From assembly GCF_000189295.2 (NCBI RefSeq), contig NC_016803.1, positions 1,470,001 to 1,502,000 on the forward strand: a DNA stretch of 32,000 nucleotides, written 5' to 3'. Source of the stretch: Pseudodesulfovibrio mercurii (GTDB lineage: Bacteria; Desulfobacterota; Desulfovibrionia; Desulfovibrionales; Desulfovibrionaceae). This document shows, one piece after another, positions 24,019-32,000 of this stretch (position 1 is its first letter; each line of letters starts with the position of its first letter). Under the pieces are notes generated by a model that was not told the DNA's origin, made no database searches, and saw only the letters and a list, made by a program, of their open reading frames with translations. The position numbers were made by a program, and so were the translations under genes.

Positions 24019-25785
24019 CTATTCCAGCCCGTACCTCTTGATCTTGCGGTACAGCGTGGCGATGCCGATGCCCAGCTTGTTCGCCACACGTTCCTTGGCC
24101 GCCTTGGTGCCGGTCTCGTCGCCGAAGGCCTTGAGGGCCTGCTGGATGAGGGTGCGTTCCATGGTTTCGAGGTTGTAGTCGGCGTATTCGGATTCGCGCG
24201 CGCCGGAGCGGACCTTGAGGGGCAGGGACTCGCGGGTGATGACGGCCGGGGAATCGACCACGTTGGCCACGTATTCGATGGAGTTCTGCAATTCGCGAAC
24301 GTTGCCGGGCCAGTGGTATTCGCTGACCGCGGTCCAGAAGGACTCCTTGATGGTCAGGATTTCCTTGTCCAGCCGGTCCATGCTCTGTTCGAGGAAGACC
24401 TTGGACAGCAGGTGGATGTCCCGGGGCCGTTCGCGCAGGGGCGGGATGTGGATGGGGATGACGTTGAGACGATAGTAGAGGTCTTCGCGGAAGGTGCCGT
24501 TGTGGACCATCTCCTCGAGGTTGCGGTTGGTGGCCGAAACCACGCGCACGTCGATGGCCGTGGGCTGGGTGGAGCCCAGCCGGGTGACCTCCCGCTGTTC
24601 CAGGGCGCGCAGGAGCTTGGCCTGGAGGTGCAGGGGCATGTCGCCTATCTCGTCGAGGAACAGGGTGCCGGTGTTGGCCTGCTCGAAGCGGCCCATCTTG
24701 CCCTTGGGGTTGGCCCCGGTGAAGGCCCCGCCCACGTAGCCGAAGAGCTCGCTTTCGAGCAGGGTCTCGGGGATGGCCCCGCAGTTGATGGCAACGAACG
24801 GGCCCTCCTTGCGGCCGCCCTCCTCGTTCAGGGCGCGGGCCACGAGCTCCTTGCCCGTGCCGGACTCGCCGGTGACCAGGACCGAGGAGTTGGAGTCCGC
24901 GAACCGGGCCACCTGTTCCTTGAGGGTGACGATGACGTCCGAGGTGCCGAGGATGGCGTCCAGGCCGAGACGCTCGTGGCTGGAGGCCAGGCGCAGGGCG
25001 TCGTCGTGCATGAGCTGGGCGTCGCGGAACATGAACATGCTCGAACTCTCGCCGTGCTGGAGGCGGTACTCGTTCCCGGCCACGTCGTGGGAGCGGCCCA
25101 GGAGGCTGACGGTGTATTCGGTGTACTGGAGCAGCCGGTTTTCGCCGCGCTTCAGGCGGACGGTGATGGCGTCCTGGCCCTCCAGGGGGAAGTCGAGGAT
25201 CTGCTGGGCGGCGCGGTTGGAGCGGACGATGCGCCCGTCCTTGGCCAGCAGGAGCACGCCCTCGTCCACCTTGTCCACCACGGTCTCGAGCAGCTGGCCC
25301 AGGGCGCGGCTGCGGGCGAACTCCATGGACTCGACCACCTTGGAGGCGAGGATGTCGGCCATTTGGGCCAAAAAGTCGAAAAAGACCTCGAAGTTGTCCT
25401 GGATGTGGGCCTTCTGCTCCTCGGTGAAGCAGACGAAGCCGATGACCCCGACCACCGTGCCCTGGTACAGGATGGGCGTGCTCATCTCGAAGGTCTCGTC
25501 GCAGGCCTGCCAGTTGGGGCAGTCGGCGCAGAACTCGGAGAAGCCGGGCTCGCGGATGACCAGAGGCCGCCCGGTCTTGAGCACCTGGCGGTACACGCCG
25601 CTGGCCGAGGACATCTGCTTGCCCACCAGAGAGGCGAACCGCCCGGTCCCGGCCACCCGGTAGAGGTTGCCGTCCACGATCTCCACGTCCACGCGCAGCA
25701 CCCGCGAGATGACCGCCGCGTACTGGGTGGCCGCCCCGCTGATGTCCCACAGGTCCTGGGGCACGTTCTCCACGTTCACTTCCAT
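24019..25785 (-). CDS. Sigma54-dependent transcriptional activator (EBP): Cys-containing GAF/PocR-like sensor, PAS-like region, AAA+ domain and Fis-type HTH (588 aa)
   Basis: Lies inside ORF 24019..26025. The start is placed at ATG 25785-25783 (MEVNVENVPQDLWDISG), with GGAG ~10 nt upstream. Walker A GESGTGKE; sigma54-contact motif GGAFTGA; Walker B LFLDEIGDM; RELQN; C-terminal HTH AKERVANKLGIGIATLYRKIKRYGL. Confidence 0.92.
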   Translation of the reverse strand: MEVNVENVPQDLWDISGAATQYAAVISRVLRVDVEIVDGNLYRVAGTGRFASLVGKQMSSASGVYRQVLKTGRPLVIREPGFSEFCADCPNWQACDETFEMSTPILYQGTVVGVIGFVCFTEEQKAHIQDNFEVFFDFLAQMADILASKVVESMEFARSRALGQLLETVVDKVDEGVLLLAKDGRIVRSNRAAQQILDFPLEGQDAITVRLKRGENRLLQYTEYTVSLLGRSHDVAGNEYRLQHGESSSMFMFRDAQLMHDDALRLASSHERLGLDAILGTSDVIVTLKEQVARFADSNSSVLVTGESGTGKELVARALNEEGGRKEGPFVAINCGAIPETLLESELFGYVGGAFTGANPKGKMGRFEQANTGTLFLDEIGDMPLHLQAKLLRALEQREVTRLGSTQPTAIDVRVVSATNRNLEEMVHNGTFREDLYYRLNVIPIHIPPLRERPRDIHLLSKVFLEQSMDRLDKEILTIKESFWTAVSEYHWPGNVRELQNSIEYVANVVDSPAVITRESLPLKVRSGARESEYADYNLETMERTLIQQALKAFGDETGTKAAKERVANKLGIGIATLYRKIKRYGLE

Positions 25786-25998
25786 CGTCCACCAACTCCA
25801 ATGGGGTCCCGTCACCCCCCGTATCAGAACGATACCGACATTGCGCCGCAACCATTGGCGGAGGATCGCAACAACCCGGCATCGCGTCGTTTTAGCCCGG
25901 CGGCAGGGAAAGACGGCCGCCGGTATCAAAATGAAAACACCTGTGACATAAACGTAATCAGCCCGGTGTTCAAGCGTTATTGCGCGGTTCCCATCCGG

Positions 25999-26012
25999 TG
26001 CGACGGGTCGCA
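25999..26012. promoter_or_regulatory. Palindrome TGCGAC-GG-GTCGCA, candidate EBP binding site
   Basis: Perfect 6-bp arms, 84-97 bp upstream of the sigma54 -24 element at 26096, in the divergent EBP/TRAP intergenic region. Confidence 0.3.
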
Positions 26013-26095
26013 AGGATTCACCCAATTGTCAGGCATACAATGACTTTTGACCAAAACACCAAAACGGCAAAAAAGTGCGCGGCGGACGTGAACAC

Positions 26096-26111
26096 TGGCA
26101 CGGTATCTGCT
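26096..26111 (+). promoter_or_regulatory. Sigma54 -24/-12 promoter of the TRAP transporter operon
   Basis: TGGCACGGTATCTGCT against TGGCACG-N4-TTGCW. The -24 box is perfect and the -12 box is CTGC. It sits ~48 nt upstream of ATG 26159. Confidence 0.75.
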
Positions 26112-26158
26112 TCGCATGGGTGTCCTTGCACAAGGGTATCACTTCAACCCACCATACT

Positions 26159-26698
26159 ATGCAAACACAGAAAACAACCCCATTCGTCAGCCTGGCCGCC
26201 GCCGTCGAGCGGTTCGCCTACCGGCTGAACTACGTCCTGGAGCGGCTCTGCGCCCTCCTGGTGGCCGCCATGATCGGCGTGGTCTGGTTCGGCATCGTCG
26301 AGCGCTACGCCCTGGCCCTGGGAGCCACCTGGACCGAGGAGCTGGCCCGCTACATAATGATCTGGGCCGCGCTCCTGGCCGTGCCCTGCTGCGCCTACCG
26401 GCGCGAGCACATCGGCCTGGACCTGGTCTTCTCCCGTCTCCCGCTGAACTGGCAGTTGCCCGCGCGCATGGTCCTCGACCTGCTCGGCCTGTGCTTCTTT
26501 CTGTTCCTGGCGTACTACGGCGTGACCATGGCCAAGTCGGGCGCGAACCAGTTCGCGACCATCTTCGGCATGACCATGTTCGTGCCCTTCACCGCCGTGC
26601 CCATCACCGCCGGGCTGACGGTCATCCAGATCGGAGCGGTCATGATCCGCGACGCCGCCCGGATCACACCCATGTTCGCCAGGAAGGAGGCCGCCTGA
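26159..26698 (+). CDS. dctQ: TRAP transporter small permease (DctQ family, 179 aa)
   Basis: Lies inside ORF 26075..26698, whose 5' part overlaps the sigma54 promoter, so the start is placed at ATG 26159 (MQTQKTTPFVSLAAAVERF). It has four hydrophobic segments and a TWTEELARYIMIW motif typical of DctQ. Weak RBS. Confidence 0.8.
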   Translation: MQTQKTTPFVSLAAAVERFAYRLNYVLERLCALLVAAMIGVVWFGIVERYALALGATWTEELARYIMIWAALLAVPCCAYRREHIGLDLVFSRLPLNWQLPARMVLDLLGLCFFLFLAYYGVTMAKSGANQFATIFGMTMFVPFTAVPITAGLTVIQIGAVMIRDAARITPMFARKEAA

Positions 26699-27981
26699 TG
26701 CTGACCGTCGCCATCGTCTTCTTCGGTTTGATGCTCATCGGCGTGCCCATCGGCTTCGTGCTCGGCATCGCGGGCGTCGTCGGCCTGGTCCAGGTGGGCG
26801 GGGACAACTTCCTGGTCATGGCCCCCAAGCGGTTTTTCGAGGGGCTCAACCTGTTCACCTTCATGGCCATGCCCTTCTTCATCCTGGCGGGCGAGATCAT
26901 GAACCGCGTGGGCATGACCCAGCGCATCGCCAACCTGGCCGACGCCCTGGTGGGCTACATGCGCGGCGGCCTGGCCCACTCGAACATGCTCGCCTCGGTG
27001 CTCTTCGCGGGCATGACCGGCGCGGCCGTGTCGGATGCCGCCGCCTTCGGCAACACCCTGGTCCCGGCCATGGTCAAGCAGGGCTACACCCGGCCCTTCG
27101 CCTGCGCGGTCACGGCCGCCGGGTCGATCATCGGCCCGACCATCCCGCCGTCCAACCTGATGGTCATCTACGGCTCGCTGGCGGGCGTGTCCATCGCCGG
27201 GCTGTTCGCGGCGGGCATCCTGCCCGGCCTGCTCATCTGCCTGGTGTGCATGGCGCTGATCGTGGCGCTGGGACGCAAGCTCGGCCTGCCCAAGAAGGAG
27301 GGCAGCCCGTCGCTCCGGGAAATCCTCTCCGCCTTCAAGGGCTCCCTGCTCGCCCTGATCATGCCCGCCATCATCCTGGGCGGCATCCTCGGCGGCATCG
27401 TCACCCCCACCGAGGCGGCGGCCATCGCGGTCTTCTACGCCCTGTTCGTAGGCGTGGTCGTCCACCGCAACCTGACCTTCAACGACATCCTGGGGATGCT
27501 CATCCGCACGGCCCGGATCACGGGCGTGGTCTTCCTGATCATCGCCTCGGCCTCGATCCTGAGCTGGTGGATGACCTTCATGCAGATTCCCCAGCAGATC
27601 GCGGACGCGTTCCTGACCCTGTCCACCACCCCGTGGATGATCAAGGCCATGATCCTGGTCATGCTCCTGATCATCGGCATGTTCATGGACATCAACGCGG
27701 CGCTCATCATCCTGACGCCCATGCTCGGCACCCTGACCCAGGCCATCGGCATGAACCCGGTGCACGCGGGCGTAATGATCGTCCTGACCCTGAACATATC
27801 GCTCATGACCCCGCCCGTGGGGGCCTGCATCTTCGTGCTCTCCTCGGTCACAGGCGAACGCATAGAGCGCATCAGCGCCTCCCTGTGGCCGTTCATACTC
27901 GTGGAGGTGGGCGTGCTCGTCATAACCACCTTCTGGACGGACCTGGCCATGTTTTTCCCCAAACTTCTGCTCGACATGTAG
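26698..27981 (+). CDS. dctM: TRAP transporter large permease (DctM family, 427 aa)
   Basis: RBS AGGAAGGAGG upstream. ATG at 26698 shares one nt with the upstream TGA (TGATG). MLTVAIVFFGLMLIGVPIGFVLG..MAMPFFILAGEIMN..GGLAHSNMLASVLFAGMTGAAVSD. Confidence 0.92.
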   Translation: MLTVAIVFFGLMLIGVPIGFVLGIAGVVGLVQVGGDNFLVMAPKRFFEGLNLFTFMAMPFFILAGEIMNRVGMTQRIANLADALVGYMRGGLAHSNMLASVLFAGMTGAAVSDAAAFGNTLVPAMVKQGYTRPFACAVTAAGSIIGPTIPPSNLMVIYGSLAGVSIAGLFAAGILPGLLICLVCMALIVALGRKLGLPKKEGSPSLREILSAFKGSLLALIMPAIILGGILGGIVTPTEAAAIAVFYALFVGVVVHRNLTFNDILGMLIRTARITGVVFLIIASASILSWWMTFMQIPQQIADAFLTLSTTPWMIKAMILVMLLIIGMFMDINAALIILTPMLGTLTQAIGMNPVHAGVMIVLTLNISLMTPPVGACIFVLSSVTGERIERISASLWPFILVEVGVLVITTFWTDLAMFFPKLLLDM

Positions 27982-28007
27982 CGGAACAAACCATGAGAGA
28001 GGATCGT

Positions 28008-29042
28008 ATGAGAATCGGTAAAAAAGTGATCGTGCTGCTCGCCGTGGCGGCGCTGATGCTGTGCTCGGCCCAGGGCGCCCTGGCCGCCAAGGTCATCAAG
28101 ATGCATCACCTGAACAAGAACGGCGCCTTCGACAACCCGTCCGGCGCGGCCGCCGTGGTCTTCAAGAACCTGGTGGAGTCCGGGACCAACGGCGACGTCC
28201 AGGTCCAGATCTTCCCCAGCGGCCAGCTCGGCAAGGACGCCGAAGTGGTCCAGCAGGTCAAGGACGGCATCATCCAGCTCGGCGTGCACTCCGTGGGCGC
28301 GGTGGGCAGCGTCTACCCCATGATCTCCGTGCTCGACGTGCCCTTCGCCTTCCCCAACCACGCCGTGGCCTATGAGGTCTTCGACGGACCCTTCGGCCAG
28401 AAGCTGGCGGGCGACATCACCGGCAAGACCGGCATGAAGTGCCTGGGCTTCTCCGACTCCGGCGGGTTCTTCCAGTTCACCAACTCCAAGCGGCCGATCA
28501 AGACCCTGGAGGACATGAAGGGGCTGAAGATCCGCACCATGGGCCTGGACACCCACAAGATGCTGGTCTCCGCCCTGGGCGGCCAGCCCGTGTCCATCGC
28601 CTGGTCCGAGGTCTACACCTCCCTGCAGACCGGCGTGGCCGACGGCCAGATGAACCCGGTGCCCATCGTCGAGTTCGCCAAGCTGTATGAGGTCCAGAAG
28701 TACCTGACCATCTCCAACCACCTGTTCGCGCCCCACGTCTGGCTGATGAACATGGACTTCTACAACTCCCTGACCCCGGCCGAGCGCACCGTCGTCGAGA
28801 GCGCCGCCAAGACCGCCATCGTGGTCTCCCGCGGCATCGCCAACGCCATCGAGGCGTCCGACCGCGGCCTGCCCTTCCTGTCCACCAAGATGGAGATCTA
28901 CACCCTGCCCGAGGCCGAGAAGGAGCGCTTCCGCGCCGCCGCCCAGCCGGTCGTCCTGAAGTACCTCGAAGAGAACTTCGGCGACGAAGGCAAGGCCATG
29001 CTGAACGCCTTCCTGGACGCCATCAAAGAGGCCTCCAAGTAA
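28008..29042 (+). CDS. dctP: TRAP transporter periplasmic solute-binding protein (DctP family, 344 aa)
   Basis: RBS GAGAGAGGA, then ATG at 28008. An alternative in-frame ATG is at 27993. Signal peptide MRIGKKVIVLLAVAALMLCSAQGALA. Also LKIRTMG, WSEVYTSLQTGVADGQMNP and KYLTISNHLF. Confidence 0.9.
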   Translation: MRIGKKVIVLLAVAALMLCSAQGALAAKVIKMHHLNKNGAFDNPSGAAAVVFKNLVESGTNGDVQVQIFPSGQLGKDAEVVQQVKDGIIQLGVHSVGAVGSVYPMISVLDVPFAFPNHAVAYEVFDGPFGQKLAGDITGKTGMKCLGFSDSGGFFQFTNSKRPIKTLEDMKGLKIRTMGLDTHKMLVSALGGQPVSIAWSEVYTSLQTGVADGQMNPVPIVEFAKLYEVQKYLTISNHLFAPHVWLMNMDFYNSLTPAERTVVESAAKTAIVVSRGIANAIEASDRGLPFLSTKMEIYTLPEAEKERFRAAAQPVVLKYLEENFGDEGKAMLNAFLDAIKEASK

Positions 29043-29062
29043 CCCGATCCAAGACCATGACG

Positions 29063-29090
29063 CCGGGCGGCGGGACTTCCCGCCGCCCGG
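29063..29090 (+). terminator. GC hairpin after dctP (terminator or attenuator candidate)
   Basis: CCGGGCGGCGGG (29063-29074), loop ACTT, CCCGCCGCCCGG (29079-29090): a perfect 12-bp stem. No U-tract. Confidence 0.45.
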
Positions 29091-29115
29091 CCATTCAACC
29101 TCAGCCTACGACGAC

Positions 29116-30399
29116 ATGAACAAGACACCCCGACCCGATCACGTCACAGGGATGCGCTGCACCATCTGCGGCAAGACCTACCTCCCCGGCGAGGTGGACT
29201 ACGTCTGCCCCGACCACGGCAACGAAGGCATCCTGGACATCCAATACGACTACGACGCCATCGGGCGACAGATTTCCCCCCAGACCCTGGCCCGGGACAA
29301 GACGTGCAGCCAGTGGCGCTACCGCCCGCTCCTGCCGGTCCTGCCGGAGACCCCGGCGCCCGCCGCCGCCGTGGGCTGGACCCCGCTCTACGAGAGCCCC
29401 CGCCTGGCGAGCGCCCTGCGCCTCGACACCCTGTTCGTCAAGGACGACTCGCGCCAGCCCACCGGCTCCCTCAAGGACCGGGCCAGCGCCCTGGCCGTGA
29501 TGAAGGCGCGCGAGGCCGGCGCGGACATGATCACCACCGCCTCCACGGGCAACGCGGCCGCCGCCCTGGCGGGCATGTGCGCGGCCAGCGACATGCCGTG
29601 CACCATCTTCGTGCCCCGCTCGGCCCCCAGGGCCAAGGTGGCCCAGCTCCTGGCCTACGGGGCGCGGGTCTTCCTGGTGGACGGCAGCTACGACGACGCC
29701 TTCGAGCTGTGCCTCAAGGCCGCCGCCGAGTACGGCTGGTACAACCGCAACACCGGCTTCAACCCGTACATGGCCGAGGGCAAGAAGACCGCCGCCTTCG
29801 AGATCTGCGAGCAGCTGGACTGGCGCTGCCCGGACGCGGTCTTCGTGGGCGTGGGCGACGGCTGCATCATCTCCGGCCTGCACAAGGGGTTCCTGGACAT
29901 GTACCGCCTGGGCTGGATCGACCGGTTGCCCCGGCTCATGGGCGTCCAGGCCGAGGGCAGCGACTTCCTGTACCGCTGCTGGAAGGCTGGGGCCGACCCG
30001 GTGACCTTCCCGGCCATCCGGGCCCACACCGTGGCCGACAGTATTTCCGCGGGGCTGCCCCGCGACCGCAAGAAGGCCATGGAGAGCGTGACCGACACGG
30101 GCGGCGCGTTCCTGCGCGTGTCCGACGAGGCCATCCTCCAGGCCATCCCCGAACTGGCCAGGGCCACCGGCGTGTTCGCCGAGCCCGCCGGGGCCTCGCC
30201 CCTGGCAGGGCTGCACGCGGCCGTGGACCAGGGACTGGTCCGCAGCGACGCCGTCTGCGTGCTCCTGGTGACCGGCTCGGGGCTGAAGGACGTGGACGCG
30301 ACCATCCGCGCCTGCGCCGCCGAGCCCAGGGTCATCGCCCCGACCCTCGACGCCCTGGACAAGGCCATGAACACCGCCACGCGAAACCAAGAATCATAA
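29116..30399 (+). CDS. Threonine-synthase-like fold-type-II PLP enzyme with an N-terminal Cys4 zinc-ribbon (427 aa)
   Basis: CTICGKTYLPGEVDYVCPDHG (CxxC...CxxH/C ribbon). PLP-Lys context QPTGSLKDRASALAV (canonical TGSFKDR). Also TASTGNAAAALA and GVGDGCIISG. Confidence 0.8.
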   Translation: MNKTPRPDHVTGMRCTICGKTYLPGEVDYVCPDHGNEGILDIQYDYDAIGRQISPQTLARDKTCSQWRYRPLLPVLPETPAPAAAVGWTPLYESPRLASALRLDTLFVKDDSRQPTGSLKDRASALAVMKAREAGADMITTASTGNAAAALAGMCAASDMPCTIFVPRSAPRAKVAQLLAYGARVFLVDGSYDDAFELCLKAAAEYGWYNRNTGFNPYMAEGKKTAAFEICEQLDWRCPDAVFVGVGDGCIISGLHKGFLDMYRLGWIDRLPRLMGVQAEGSDFLYRCWKAGADPVTFPAIRAHTVADSISAGLPRDRKKAMESVTDTGGAFLRVSDEAILQAIPELARATGVFAEPAGASPLAGLHAAVDQGLVRSDAVCVLLVTGSGLKDVDATIRACAAEPRVIAPTLDALDKAMNTATRNQES

Positions 30400-30419
30400 C
30401 CGATAAAGGAAGGACAACC

Positions 30420-31886
30420 ATGCTTGACCTGACCATCAACCCGCAGGGCCTGGAAAGCGCCGTGGCCTGCGCGCGCGAGAAGAATATCATCATCCCCACC
30501 CTGGAACAGATGTGCCACCCGGAGACGATCCCGGCCGCCATCCGGGAGAAGCTCGGCTCCGTCGGGCTGTGGGACCTCAACCCCCTGAACCTGTTCCGCA
30601 TCACCTGGAAGAACGAGCCCGCCGTCAGCGGCGGCAAGTACGCGGGCGTGAACCACATCGAGCTGCCCTCCTCCCTGACCGGGGTCCCGGCGCGCATCGT
30701 CATGCTCGTCGGCAAGTGGTTCCCCACCGGGGCGCACAAGGTCGGCGCGGCCTTCGGCTGCCTGGCCCCGCGCCTGGTCACCGGCCAGTTCGACCCGCGC
30801 AAACAGAAGGCGGTCTGGCCGTCCACCGGCAACTACTGCCGGGGCGGTGCCTACGACTCCAACCTGCTCGGCTGCGAGTCCATCGCCATCCTGCCCGAGG
30901 GCATGAGCCAGGAGCGCTTCGACTGGCTGGCCGCCGTGGCGGGCGAGACCATCAAAACCCCCGGCTCCGAGTCCAACGTCAAGGAGATCTTCGACAAGTG
31001 CTGGGAGCTGCGCAAGTCCGGCGACGACATCATGATCTTCAACCAGTTCGACGACATGGGCAACTACCTCTGGCACTACACCGTGACCGGCCGGGCCATG
31101 GTCGAGCTGATCGAGCAGCTGACCGACGACGCGGACAAGCGGTTCAAGGGCGTGGTCCTGTCCACCGGCTCGGGCGGCACCCTGGCCAGCGGCGACTACC
31201 TCAAGCAGCAGTACGCCCACGTCAAGGTGGCCGCCTGCGAGGCCCTGCAGTGCCCCACCCTGCTGAACAACGGGTTCGGCGCGCACCGCATCGAGGGCAT
31301 CGGCGACAAGCACGTGCCCTGGGTGCACAACGTGCGCAACACCGACATGGTCATCGCCGTGGACGACGAGGTGCCCATGAACCTCATCCGGCTGTTCAAC
31401 GAGCCCGCGGGCGTCGCGGCCCTCAAGGAGCACGGCGTCCCGGCGGAGATCGCCGACAACCTGCACCTGCTGGGCATCTCCTCGGTGGCCAACATGATCT
31501 CGGCCGTCAAGTTCGCCAAGTACTACGAGTTGGGCGAGGACGACGTGGTCCTGAGCGTGGCCACGGACTCCATGGAGATGTACCAGAGCCGCCTGGCCGA
31601 ACTGACCGCCGAGAAGGGCGCGTACGACGAGCAGGACGCCGCCTACTCGCGCGGCATGCTCGCGGCCACGACCATCGACAACATGGAGGAGCTCGGCTAC
31701 TACGACCGCAAGCGCATCCACAACCTCAAGTACTACACCTGGATCGAGCAGCAGGGCATGGCCTTTGCCGACATCCAGGCCCAGTGGTACGACGAGCACT
31801 ACTGGGAAAACATCCAGCGGCTCGCCCCGGAGGTGGACAAGCTGATCGACGCCTTCAACGCCAAGACCGGCCTGCTCGAGGGCTAG
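30420..31886 (+). CDS. Atypical long (488 aa) fold-type-II PLP-dependent enzyme (cysteine-synthase/Trp-synthase-beta superfamily), specific function unknown
   Basis: Lies inside ORF 29304..31886. RBS AAAGGAAGGA, then ATG at 30420 (MLDLTINPQGLESAVACAREK). Candidate PLP-Lys context WFPTGAHKVGAAFGCL. Also WPSTGNYCRGGAY and LSTGSGGTLASGDY (Gly-rich phosphate loop). A ~150-aa C-terminal extension goes beyond a normal CysK/CysM. Confidence 0.7.
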   Translation: MLDLTINPQGLESAVACAREKNIIIPTLEQMCHPETIPAAIREKLGSVGLWDLNPLNLFRITWKNEPAVSGGKYAGVNHIELPSSLTGVPARIVMLVGKWFPTGAHKVGAAFGCLAPRLVTGQFDPRKQKAVWPSTGNYCRGGAYDSNLLGCESIAILPEGMSQERFDWLAAVAGETIKTPGSESNVKEIFDKCWELRKSGDDIMIFNQFDDMGNYLWHYTVTGRAMVELIEQLTDDADKRFKGVVLSTGSGGTLASGDYLKQQYAHVKVAACEALQCPTLLNNGFGAHRIEGIGDKHVPWVHNVRNTDMVIAVDDEVPMNLIRLFNEPAGVAALKEHGVPAEIADNLHLLGISSVANMISAVKFAKYYELGEDDVVLSVATDSMEMYQSRLAELTAEKGAYDEQDAAYSRGMLAATTIDNMEELGYYDRKRIHNLKYYTWIEQQGMAFADIQAQWYDEHYWENIQRLAPEVDKLIDAFNAKTGLLEG

Positions 31887-31896
31887 GGAGGCGACC

Positions 31897-32000
31897 ATGC
31901 CGAACAAGGAAAAGTACTGCAATCTGAGCGTGGCCCTGTGCCAGGAGCTGGTCTCCCTGCCGAGCCTGTCCGGCGAGGAGGGCGACGTGGCCAAGGCCCT
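31897..32000 (+). CDS. M20-family metallopeptidase/amidohydrolase, YgeY/ArgE/DapE-like (N-terminal 34 aa only; continues beyond the window)
   Basis: RBS GGGAGG at 31886-31891, then ATG at 31897. MPNKEKYCNLSVALCQELVSLPSLSGEEGDVAKAL matches the L..LV.IPS.SG.E..VA N-terminal pattern of M20 enzymes. The fragment is too short for certainty. Confidence 0.45.
   Translation, partial: MPNKEKYCNLSVALCQELVSLPSLSGEEGDVAKA

Overview
GC-rich window; the gene content and codon bias suggest a Desulfovibrionales-type sulfate reducer, but that is inference only. Coding density is high. Most long ORFs in the supplied track are antisense or out-of-frame shadows rich in Ala/Gly/Arg/Pro. I found no rRNA, tRNA, CRISPR array, transposase or integrase.

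Four blocks are present.

(1) Positions 1-2641, minus strand. A protein of more than 880 aa with a C-terminal membrane region. It is absent from the ORF track because it runs off the window edge.

(2) Positions 2919-15122, plus strand. A strong sigma54 promoter precedes about 12 kb of same-strand genes:
- five paralogous receiver (REC) proteins, four stand-alone and one fused to a CBS pair
- an SLC13/DASS permease with a large soluble insertion
- two small or Yip1-like membrane proteins
- an 865-aa protein with a PEP-synthase/PPDK-type ATP-grasp and a phospho-His swivel domain, but with a non-canonical C-terminus
- three histidine kinases (HKs)

Three of the junctions are ATGA overlaps. No DNA-binding or other classical output domain is visible anywhere in the block. 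This is my best candidate for an undescribed signalling system.

(3) Positions 15484-17692. An orphan hypothetical gene, a 533-bp divergent intergenic region holding a purine-rich tract with 18 GGA motifs downstream of a near-consensus sigma70 promoter, a QueG/RdhA-like 4Fe-4S protein, and a TIGR03905/TSCPD protein.

(4) Positions 18296-32000. A sigma54-dependent catabolic island:
- a PotD/A/B/C-like ABC importer followed by a dihydropyrimidinase/hydantoinase, behind a sigma54 promoter
- a convergent sigma54 enhancer-binding protein (EBP)
- a sigma54-driven TRAP transporter (dctQMP)
- a ThrC-like PLP enzyme, an atypical 488-aa fold-type-II PLP enzyme, and the start of a YgeY-like M20 peptidase

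All functional assignments come from reading motifs by eye. No database search was run.
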